The notes beneath the pieces were generated by a model that was given only the letters and a program-made list of their open reading frames with translations, searched no databases and was not told the origin of the DNA. Positions 12,365 to 22,000 of a stretch of 55,958 nt of DNA are shown here, in pieces (position 1 is the first letter of the stretch; every line of letters starts with the position of its first letter). The stretch spans positions 62,001 to 117,958 of the forward strand of contig CAUYUJ010000122.1 in the NCBI GenBank assembly GCA_963575745.1, in the 5' to 3' direction. The DNA is from Prorocentrum cordatum (Eukaryota). The position numbers were made by a program, and so were the translations under genes.

Positions 12365-12567
12365 CGACCATGGGCTGGTTCTCTCGTGTGGTGTATGCTG
12401 TGTGGTCTGGGTTCGGGGTTGCTGCCGAAGCTGGGTTGCGGTACGTAGTCTTCCTTGTTGGTGTGGTTGGTGGTTGCTTTGGTTTGGGACCTTGGGGTGG
12501 TATTCCTCTGCTGTTTCGGGATGTGCGGCTGCTGTGTCCAGTATGGTGTGGCCTGCGCTGCTCGGTA
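12365..12567 (+). repeat. GT-rich dispersed repeat, also at 16237-16443, each copy followed by a family A MITE
   Basis: CGACCATGG(G/A)CTGGTTCTCTCGTGTGGTGTATGCTGTG... is shared over about 200 bp. Confidence 0.85.
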
Positions 12568-12743
12568 CAGTCGGGGCCCTGAAGAAGGAACCCTTTTGGT
12601 TGGGGAGGGGCTCCGCGTTCCTTCAGTGTTTCACAGCTTGCCTCAGGCTTGCCTTATGTTTTTGCCAGGAGATCGAGGGTTAACTTATGGAAAAAGGGGG
12701 CCTCGTTCCCTATTTAGGGTTCCTTAGGTCAGCGCCCCGACTG
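12568..12743 (+). mobile_element. MITE family A, copy 2
   Basis: TA|CAGTCGGGGC...GCCCCGACTG|TA, 176 bp. Confidence 0.9.
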
Positions 12744-12822
12744 TACTGGAAGCAGCCGACGGCGCGGAACCGCAACGAAAGATGGAGTCGACAGGGGCCT
12801 GCTTTTGTACCTTCTCGCGATA

Positions 12823-12966
12823 CGGTCGGACCGAAGGTCGAGGCCGGTTCGGGGAGGGCATCCTTCTTGTGCATCCTGGGTGGGGTACCCTTGCATGTTC
12901 TGTGTGCTTTGTCCGACGGAGGGTCTCATGTTTTTGAAGGATGTTCTTCCAGCCTAGGACCGACTG
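12823..12966 (+). mobile_element. TA-flanked MITE with family-A-related TIR (CGGTCGGACC...GGACCGACTG); relative at ~5965-6116
   Basis: TA|CGGTCGGACC...GGACCGACTG|TA; the interior resembles 5965-6116, which also ends in CCGACTGTA. Confidence 0.6.
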
Positions 12967-14219
12967 TAACGGCCGTCCCCGGGGTGGGGGGGAGGGGGGG
13001 TCATGGGGGCATGGCCGGTAACGTCGCGATTCGCGCCGGCACCGTCTGAGAACGAGCTACTCCTCTCCATTTCCAGACGGCGCAGACGCGAATCGTGGCG
13101 TTACCTGGGAACGCGATCGCTAATCGTTGCAAAAACGTGCTCCAGCTAATAATTGAGACCTCTACAAGTGGGGGTCGTTCACGGTTGCACTTTTGGTCCC
13201 GCGTCGAGGAGACAGGGTCGATACGTCGACAAGTTTGGCAGACGATCGGTTCAGCGATGCGGGGGGAAGTCGCAGAAGCAGAATTCCAAAGAGGCCCGCA
13301 GAGGCCCACCGCATGCCAAGCGAACTGGCCCGGACTCCGCCTCAGAGTCGCCCCTCCCCCGGGGACGCCTCCCGGACCCTACTCCGACCAAGAGCCTCGA
13401 GGCAAGTCTGGCCATAGCGACATGGCGCCCCCCCAGAGGGCTCGCAAAAGGTCACAGCATCCCAGGGATCCGACGCTCCAACACGAATTGGAGCGGCGGG
13501 ATCTTGGCAGGGGCCCTCGCCGGGCTTCGGGGGCGAGGGCGAAACACCGGCCCCGGGGAAGGGGTCTGGATCTGTGCATGGGGCCCACGCGTCGAAAACA
13601 TTGGACCAGCCGGATGTCTGGGATCGTCCGTCGTCGTGTTTTTCTCACCTCCTCGCGTCTCCCAGGGAGCGAGGCCCCGTCCAGGCCTCTCTCGGGACGA
13701 AGAGCCCGGCCCCTGGGAAGGGGCCCGCCGGACCCTCCAGACCCCTCCCCGGGTTCGGGCTCCTCATATCCCGAGGAGTCGCTCCAGCTTTATGTACAAC
13801 GCGAGGACTTCGGGCCTTTCCCGGATGCCTCGCTCTCCGACCGCCTCCCCCGCAGTCTGGCCGCCGCGCTCGGCCCGCCCGGCGGCCCGCCGCCGCGCCC
13901 CGCCGGCGGGCAGCGGGCCGCCGCCGCCGCCGCGGCGGCGCTGGCGGCGGTCGGCGAGGCCGGGCCTGCCGAGGGCCCCCCCGCAGCCGGCCCGGCCCGC
14001 CGCCGCGCCCCGCCGTGGGGCAGCCGGCCTCCGCCGACGCCGCGGCGGCGCGGCGGCGGGCGGCGAGGCCAGGGCCGCCTGGGGGCCTTCCCCCCCTCCT
14101 CCTCCTCCTCCTCCTCCTCCTCCTCCTCCTCCTCCTCCTCCTCCTCCTCCTCCTCCTCCTCCTCCTCCTCCTCCTCCTCCTCCTCCTCCTCCTCCTCCTC
14201 CCTTCTCTCTTTCTCCTTG

Positions 14220-14590
14220 TAGATAATTTCTCCCTGTCTCACCCCGAGGCCAGTTTTTAGGGCGGGCCGGGCGTTTCGCCTGAATTCCTCACCACTTTTG
14301 ACCATAAAGCTTAAAAAGCGATAACAGTTGCGCAGATGGAGGGCGGGTCGTTTTCAAAATGTGGTTCTCGCCGTAGCGCCGTGCACATTCGTTTTCAAAA
14401 TTTGCAAGAGCTTCACAGATTGAGGGCGAGTGGTTTTCAAACTGTGGCTCTCGCCTTAGCACCGTGCACATCCGTTTTCAAAATTTCAAGAGTTTCACGG
14501 ATTGAGGGTGGGTTGTTTTCAAGTCTTAGCGCCGCGCTCATTCGTTTTCAAACTTTGCAATTGTTTCACGGGTTCCCATCATCAACGTAC
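14220..14590 (-). repeat. Inverted copy of the repeat at 1-473
   Basis: Reverse-complement similarity at both ends and in the internal units. Confidence 0.8.
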
Positions 14591-15469
14591 CAGAATTGGT
14601 GTTTTGGAAGGAGTCAGGATTATGCGGGCACAACAAGTATGTTGATTCGCGGTGTTGAAGTCCCACAAATGGCCATCTGCCACGATTCGGGAACGTCAAG
14701 ACGCAGCAGTCAGGTCGATACGTGGCGTTGAAATCCCGAAACCAGTGTTTTGGCATGCTTCAGGATCTTCCATCGGCTGTCTACCAACGAGGCAGTTCCC
14801 TCAATGCAAATGAAACGTTGTAGGCGCCTGTGAAGAGGGAGCTTGGAGGGAGGGTTAATTTCAACATCGTTGATGACGCTCGGGTTTACACTGGTCCTCC
14901 TCCTCCTCCTCCTCCTCCTCCTCCTCCTCGGTTTACACTGGTCCTCCTCCCCCTCCTCCCCCTCGCCCTCCCCCTCCTCCTCCTCCTCCTCCTCCTCCTC
15001 CTCCTCCTCTTTCTCCTCCTCCTCCTCCTCCTCCTCCTCCTCCTCTTCCTCCTCCTCCTCTTCGGGGGGCGAGCATACCTGGGGCCTCCGGCGTCGTGAG
15101 CTCCCTGCACCCCCCCTCCCCCCCGCATCCCCAGAGATCCGACGCTCCGACAAGAATGGGAGCGGCGGGATTTGGGCCGTTTTCGGCCTCCGGGGGGCCC
15201 TCGCGGGGCCTCGGGAGCGACCCACAAAAACGACTCGGGACGAAAAACCGGTCGGGGGGGAAGTGGTCTGGTTGGTTGAGAGTCGTAGGTCTCGACGTGT
15301 CGCTTGCTTTTCGCGTAACTCTTCTCGCAGTTCTGCAACGGTCGCTTCTGACTCTTTGCGTGACTCCCTCTGCTCGAGGTATGTTGAAGCGTATTGGTCG
15401 TTATGCGCTTGTAGTTACTTAATGCTTACTGTGTGTGTGTGGTAATGGAGTCCTTGTGTCGTAAGACTC

Positions 15470-16100
15470 TCTAGATGCTGGTATCTTCGCTCGTTTTGTC
15501 TTGTTGTGTGCTCAGCTTCGTGTTGTGCTGCTTCTTCTTGACGTGTTGCCGTTGCCTGGCTGGCTTGCATGCGTAGTTCTGCTTGTCGTAATGCTTGGAC
15601 AGGTGGTCGGTTGCTGCTTGCAGCTGCCGCATGGTATCTTCTGCTGCTTGTACTTGTTGTTGTGCTCTGGCCCCCTTGTCCATGTTTTGTTGAGCTGCTT
15701 TGAGTTCTGAAATTGTCCAGTCGTTGGCTTGGAGGTCGCCGTATGCTGCTTTCAGTAGTGCCTTGATCTTCTGTGTTTCTTAGTCAGTGTCGGCGTTAGG
15801 TGTAGTGGTTTTGAGTGGTACCAGCGGTGGTCGCTCTCGTGGGTAGGAGTTGAGCTGCGCGTCTTGTGCTGTTTGTGCTGGTCAGCTCCTTATCAATATT
15901 GGCATACGTCTTGGTCTTGTGGATGTTGTCCTCGTGCTGCTGCTGGGCTTGCTTCAAGGTTGCTGCTGGGATCTGTGTGCAAGCTGCAACATCGTCTTTG
16001 AGTTTACGGAAGTACTGCAATCTTTGAGCTTCTGGCTTCTGGTCAAGTAGCTGTTTGTTCCAGATCGTGACGTAGTTGGTCTGCATAATGTCCTGCATTT
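15470..16100 (-). pseudogene. Degenerate coiled-coil-like reading-frame fragments of unknown origin
   Basis: Minus-strand helical peptides (QRLQYFRKLKDDVAA; ISELKAAQQNMDKGARAQQQVQAAEDTMRQLQ) broken by stops/frameshifts in a strand-biased block. Confidence 0.3.
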
Positions 16101-16476
16101 TCCACTGCGATGATCTGTGAAGCGAGCTTTCGAAGTTCGGTTGCGTTGGGTGTGTTCCATGCTCCTACCTCAAGAGGAGTGGCACCAGGCTTGTCTTTGT
16201 GTTCGACTTCGTCGTGTCAAGCTTCTGGTATGCTGTCGACCATGGACTGGTTCTCTCGTGTGGTGTATGCTGTGTGGTCTGGGTTCTGGGTTGCTGCCCA
16301 AGCTGGGTTGCGGTACGTAGTCATTGTTCTTTCTTGGTGTGGTTGGTGGCTGTTTTGGTTTTGGATCGTGGGGTGGTATTCCTCAGCTGTTTCGGACTGT
16401 GCGGCTGCTGTGTCCAGCATGGTGTGGTCTGCGCTGCTCGGTAGTTTGTGTGTGTGTCGCCTTTTTGCTGCTGGTA

Positions 16477-16652
16477 CAGTTGGGGCCCTGAAGAAGTAAC
16501 CCTTTTCGTTGGAGAGGGGCTCCGCATTCCTTGAGTGTTTCACAGCTTGCCCTAGGTTTTCCTTGTGCTTCCGATAGGAAATCGAAGTTCAACTTATGGA
16601 AAATAGGGGCCTCGTTCCTTATTTAGGGTTCCTTAGGTCAACGCCTCGACTG
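16477..16652 (+). mobile_element. MITE family A, copy 3
   Basis: TA|CAGTTGGGGC...GCCTCGACTG|TA, 176 bp. Confidence 0.9.
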
Positions 16653-16866
16653 TACTGTGGTTGTGCTGCATAGATCGGGCCCTGTTGCGCTGGACGGGCG
16701 TATCCGCTGTGCCCGACGGGCTGCCAGGATGGTCCGTTGCCTTTGCTAGATTGTTGCCGCCGTTGGTGTCTGCCCTTGCCTTTGGCCTTGGGGCCTTGGG
16801 GGCAGGTGTGTGGCCGTGCAAGGTGTCGGCTGTCTGTCTTGGTGGCTGTTGTGCGCTGTGATGGTA

Positions 16867-17044
16867 CTCCAGATTTCGTAATAAAAGGGAGGGGTCAAAT
16901 CCCTCCCAGACGAGAAGTTTTAGACCCCCCAGGCTATCCATCAAAGGGCGGCCCTTTGCCCAGACCCCCCCGAACCCTCCAAGACAGCTCAAATTAGACC
17001 CCCCCCGAATGTGACCCCCCCCCACTTTGTTATGAAATCCGGAG
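16867..17044. mobile_element. Stowaway-like MITE (CTCC-starting ~30-bp TIR, TA target-site duplication)
   Basis: TA|CTCCAGATTTCGTAATAAAAG...CTTTGTTATGAAATCCGGAG|TA. Confidence 0.75.
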
Positions 17045-17360
17045 TAGTTACGTGGAAGTTGTGCTGCTTGGGGCTGCCAGGAGGTTGGTTGGTCGAGTAG
17101 CGTTCGCGCTGAGGTGTCTCGCTCACTGCGATGCCAAGCAGGGTTGATCGACGTCGACGGAGTCGTGGTGCGACTTCTCGCATAATGTTGCAGTTGCAGG
17201 CCAACATGGCCACGTAAGTGGTGCTAGTCGTGTGGGCGTGCGAGGCAGATGTCGTAGCCGAGGTGGCGCGAGCTGCCAGACGTGGCAGTACAGGATGGTG
17301 CAGCGTCGCGCTGAGTGAGAGAACGAAATCGAGGAGCAATCGGTGTCAAGGGTAGGACTC

Positions 17361-17485
17361 GGCATCGCTCGGACGTGTGCATTTTTCCTTCGGCGAGGAC
17401 CATCGAGGAGCATCCTCGATCATTTGGCGAAAACGCCACGCACGAAACCGAACAATGTACGGGAAATGGACGTCCGAGCGATGGC
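17361..17485 (+). mobile_element. MITE-like family D, copy 2
   Basis: Same TIR and interior as 12102-12225. Confidence 0.75.
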
Positions 17486-17689
17486 CAGAGGAGGGCGTGC
17501 AGAGATGATGGAGATATGCCAAAGGATGCGGTGGGAAGTGGGAAGATCGTTTCTCACAATCGTGGCTGGCCCCCGAGGGCTGGCGCACTGCCACGGGCGA
17601 GTGGGCCCGAGGCTAGCCCCCCCTCGCCCTCCTCCTCCTCCTCCTCCTCCTCGTCCTCCTCGTCCTCCTCCTCCTCCTCCTCCTCCTTC

Positions 17690-17711
17690 TCCGTAGCCAT
17701 TTTGGCTCAAG
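17690..17711 (+). other. Perfect dinoflagellate spliced leader exon at the 5' end of a retrotransposon
   Basis: TCCGTAGCCATTTTGGCTCAAG matches DCCGTAGCCATTTTGGCTCAAG at 22/22. It is followed by ATG rather than an SL-RNA GT donor. Confidence 0.95.
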
Positions 17712-17857
17712 ATGTCTGACTGGGGGGGCTGCGAGCCTCCAGGCAGAAAGGATACCGCTAGTCCGCGGCCAGCCTACCGTCTTACTGTGAGCTCCTGGGG
17801 GAGCGCCATCCGCTTAATCTACTTGATTGCCGCGGCGGCGCTGGGGAGCAGTGCAGG

Positions 17858-19042
17858 ATGGCAACCAGGCGGCCCTTTTGGGCTGCAGGCAGCGGCGGCG
17901 GCAGCAAGACGCCACGCGGCGGTCCAGTCGGCAGCGGCAACGTGCGTGACAAGCCCGACTGGTTCTGCTGCAAGGACGGCTGCAAGACTGCAAAAGGCGA
18001 GCGCTGGTGGAACCCAGGCTCGTCGATGCGGTGTACAAAATGCAAGTTGCACAAGGGCGCCTGTTTCGGCAGCAATCGACCTGCTGGTGGAGGTGCCCCC
18101 TCGGCGCGCGCGCCCAGCGTGGCAGACACGCGTGCCGAGGCAAAGTATAAGAAGATCTACGAGGACAAGATCGCGGCGCTGGAGCAAGAGCTGCGCAGCA
18201 AGTCCTCGCAGGACGGCGACATGGAGGTCGACGGTTCAGCAGTCGAGGCCCCAGCTGCAGGCGCCGCCGCCGTGCGGAAGCGCGCCGACAAGCTGGCGGC
18301 CGAGATCAAGCTGCTCAAGGGCCGCGACGACATGGATGGCATCTGCAAGGGCGCCATCGACTCCTTCCAGAAGGAGTTGGACGAGCTGCGGAAGAAGCTG
18401 CACGACGCCAAGCCCTCGGACGCCAAACTCCAGATCGCCCGACGGGACGTCAAGCGGAAGGAGGCTGCACTGGCCAAGGCAGGAGACAAGCTGGCGGAGC
18501 AGGTGGAGGCTGTCGCTGCAGCACAGCGTCGCCTGGAGGAGCTCAAGACCCAGCGGGGGCAGTGCGAGGCCGAGCTCGGCCGCGCCAAGGCCGTGGTGCA
18601 CGAGCTGGTGGCTGCTGATGCTGCTCGGGCTGGCCCAGCCGCCGACGGTGGCAGCGAGACGGGAGCGGTCGCCCACGCGTTCGGCATCAACAAGGAAGCG
18701 CTGGTGGCCAAGTGCGGGGAGGGCGGCTTCGGCGACCACGCCGAGGCGGTTTCCAAGCTCCTGGAGGAGTTGCCGCCGCAGCTGGTGGTGCCCGAGGAGC
18801 GCCCTGCTCCCCCCCCTCTGGGCGCGGCGAGCACTGCGGCCGCCCAAGCCGTGCCCAGCGCCGAAGACCCCATCGGCAAGGCATCAGAGGAGGCGCTGCG
18901 CGCCGAACTCGACAAGCTGCGGCCCTCCGACCTCGCGCCCGCCATGCCGAAGGACTTGGAGGGGATGCGCGCTGTTGCTTCTCGCCTTGCCGCTAGCCCG
19001 CTCATCGGGGCCGCAGCGCGCATGCGAGCTGAACCGTACTGA
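17858..19042 (+). CDS. Retrotransposon ORF1 protein (394 aa): RanBP2-like zinc finger plus coiled coil
   Basis: DWFCCKDGC-x8-NPGSSMRCTKC at 17960-18043; long heptad-rich region (KIAALEQELR...LAAEIKLLK...ELDELRKKL); GC3-biased codons. Confidence 0.85.
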   Translation: MATRRPFWAAGSGGGSKTPRGGPVGSGNVRDKPDWFCCKDGCKTAKGERWWNPGSSMRCTKCKLHKGACFGSNRPAGGGAPSARAPSVADTRAEAKYKKIYEDKIAALEQELRSKSSQDGDMEVDGSAVEAPAAGAAAVRKRADKLAAEIKLLKGRDDMDGICKGAIDSFQKELDELRKKLHDAKPSDAKLQIARRDVKRKEAALAKAGDKLAEQVEAVAAAQRRLEELKTQRGQCEAELGRAKAVVHELVAADAARAGPAADGGSETGAVAHAFGINKEALVAKCGEGGFGDHAEAVSKLLEELPPQLVVPEERPAPPPLGAASTAAAQAVPSAEDPIGKASEEALRAELDKLRPSDLAPAMPKDLEGMRAVASRLAASPLIGAAARMRAEPY

Positions 19043-19052
19043 CCTCGTCACC

Positions 19053-22000
19053 ATGGCGAGCCTGAGCGAGAGCAACAGCACCGTCGTCGCGCCCGACCTG
19101 GTCCAGGAGGACGCGTGGGAGGCGGAGGACGAAGCGGCCCGTCACCTCCTAGGCGAGGCGGCAACAGCTGCAGGCAGCCGCAGCGCGGCAGTCACCAGCG
19201 AGCGGGGGCTCAAGTCCCCTCCAAGGGGCACTGGGTCCCCCCTCCCACTCCAGGTCGACTGCGACTGGAATGCCGTGGCGCTGGAGCAGGCGAGGCCCGT
19301 GGAGCAGGTGGCTCCGCGCCCGCGCGGCCCTGCGGGGCAGGTGGTCTCGCGGCCGCGCTTGGAGGCCGAGGCGGCGCTGGCTGCGCTGGAGAGCGAGGCG
19401 CTGGAGCAGCCGCGGCCCGTGGGGCAGCGGGCCCCGCGCCCGCGCGGCCCCGCGGGACAGGTGGACTCGCGGCCGCGTGGGGAGGCCGAGGCGGCGCTGG
19501 CTGACCTGGAAGGAGCTGCACCACCTGCTCTTCTTGTGCATTCTGTCGTCGCAGCAGCTTCAGGCGGAGCCCGTGGTGCAGGGCCAGCGCGTCACGGATC
19601 GGTTGCCGTCGGGGCCCCTGACCAAGGGCACTCACTGTTTGGGGTCCAGGCGGGGACCGGCTATAACGACGGGGCTGCGGCCCTAAATGCCACCCCAGCC
19701 CCGATGCGTGATGGGGCCCAAGCAGCACCGCCCTACGAGATGCTGGATGGCGCCAGGGTGCCCGCAGGCCTGGTCTTCGTCGAGGGCCATGTCGAGGAGC
19801 CCCACGCGGCCCAGCAGCGCGCACGGACGGCGTCGCAGTTCGTGGACCTGGTGCTCGAGCTGATTGGCGAGATCGTGCTCTACCTCAAGCGGGTCGGCCT
19901 CCTGGCGGTCGAAGATCTCGGGTCAGACCAGCACTTCATCAAGGACACCAACTACAGCAACGCGTTCCTGCAGGTGGGGCAGGACGGGCTGCTCGACATG
20001 CAGGTCGCGTCGGAGGAGGAGCGCCGCAGGGTGCGGGTGCTCACGGCCCCCCTCCCGATCCTCCCGGCCACGCTGGAGCGGCGGAAGGCTGCGCCCGAGG
20101 TTGCGAGGGCGAAGCAGGTGGCGGAGCCCGCAGCAGAGGGTACCGACCCTTCGGGGCACGCACTGCTCACTGCGGGCCGAGCCACCAGGACGGCAGAGAG
20201 TGCCGACCCCTCGGGGCACGCACTGCTCACCGTCCGAGCTGCACGGCGGAGGGTGGCCAAGCCGAAGAAACCGAAGATAGATCACACGCTAGCCATCACG
20301 GCGAACGGCACCACGTGGTCGAGCCTCACCGACCTGCTGCTGGACGTGGAGGGGCGCCGAGCGGACATCTTCTTGGGCCAGGAGACCCATCTGTTCGGCG
20401 CCGAGGCGTGCGCGACTCAGGAGGACTGGGCGAAGCGAGCCAAGTGGAACCTGCAGCTGGACCCAGCAGTACCCACAGGACGTGGAGGCACCAGCGGCGG
20501 CTTGTGTATGGCAGCGCAGCCGTGGCGAGGGCTGGCGAGCTACCCATGTGTGAGCACGAGGTTCAGCATCGCACGTGGCCGAGTACAGCTGAGATGTTGG
20601 AAAGGATGGCTTCCAGGAGGCGTGGTAGTGGCCAACGTCTACCTGCACCACAGCGAGGGCATGACGGACAGGAACAGGCTCCTGGTCAACCTCCTCGCAC
20701 GCGAGCTGAAGCGCCTGGCTCGGCCTTTCATCATCGGCGGCGACTTCAACATGCACCCCACGGAGCTGGCCAAGTCAGGGTTCTTCGAGAAGCTGATGGC
20801 CGAGCCGATCTTCACCCAGGAGGCAACGCTCGGCGACTTGGCGGAGGGCTCCGTGCTGGACTACTGGGTCCTGCCGAAGGCGCTCGTGCCGAGGGTCGAG
20901 TCCTGCTTCGTGATTCACACCACCACCATCAAGGATCACCGCCCAGTTGGGCTCAGGCTGAAGAACGGTGCGATAGAGGACACGATCACGGTCCACAAGA
21001 CCCCCGCCAGCTTTCCAACTACACGGCCCATCGGGCCTGGTCGGGAGGTGGTTACATCCTGGGGTGCGGCAGTGGCGGCCCTGGGGGAGACGGAGGGCTG
21101 TCAGGAGGCCTTGGCGAACGGGTTCGCGGCCTTCATGAAGGGGGCGGAGGAGGAGCTGGGCAGCTTGTTCCACATCCCGCTGGATGACATGCCGAGGTAC
21201 ACGGGGCGAGGGCTGGAGCCGCGCTTCATCAAGGTACATCCCACGAGGCGGAACAACGCGGCGGTGGCCAAGGCATCCCCCGAGGCGCGCCAGGCCCTGT
21301 GGCTGCACGACCGACTCCTTGAGCTCCAGCGTGCGTACGAGAGGGGCGAGCCGAGGCACCGCCAGGCAGCGAAGCGGCTACTCGACACCCTGGAGCACTG
21401 GAACGGCTCCCTCAAGAAGGCTCAGGACTGGCACTTCTTCGAGGCGTACTGGCAGCGGCTGCGCGAGCTCACGATCGACGACCTGGCCGAGCTGGCGGAG
21501 CAGGCCCAGAGCGTGAGCGTGCGCCTCTCCAGAGACTTTGAGAGAGCGCGCTGCCGATCGTTCGACGCCTGGGCGAAGCAGGCCACGTTGAACGGGGCGG
21601 GCCTCGCCCACAAGTGGACTCGTGGGCCCGCGGGAGCGGGGCCAGGGCTGCTGGCCAACGGCGTGGCAGCGGATGTGCAGGACGCCGCCGACAAGTTCTG
21701 CGCGGACTGGCTCCAGCAGGTCTGGAACGTCCGCGAGCCCATGAAGGACACCAGCTGGGGCGAGATCAAGCACCGCGTGATGGACGCGCCCTCGGTTGAA
21801 GCCATCAGGGCCGCGAGCAGGAAGTTCAAGCATCGGACGGCCTTGGGCTCCGACGCGTTCCACCCACGGTGGTTCGCGATGCTGTCCAACGAGGCGCTCG
21901 AGTTCTTAGGCCAGCTCATGGTGTACATGGAGAGGGTCGGCAATCAGTGGAAGCAGCTGACCACCATCATCGTCTTCCTCGCCAAGAAGGAGGGCGGGGT

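Noticed and set aside
17690..17711. SL RNA gene
   Set aside because: The SL exon is followed by ATG and retrotransposon sequence, not by a GT donor and SL intron.
17712..19052. First 447 aa of the 2589-aa ORF as a real protein domain
   Set aside because: The Arg/Ser/Trp-rich translation looks like the shifted frame of ORF1, and codon bias supports the ORF1 frame. Kept only as a translation hypothesis.
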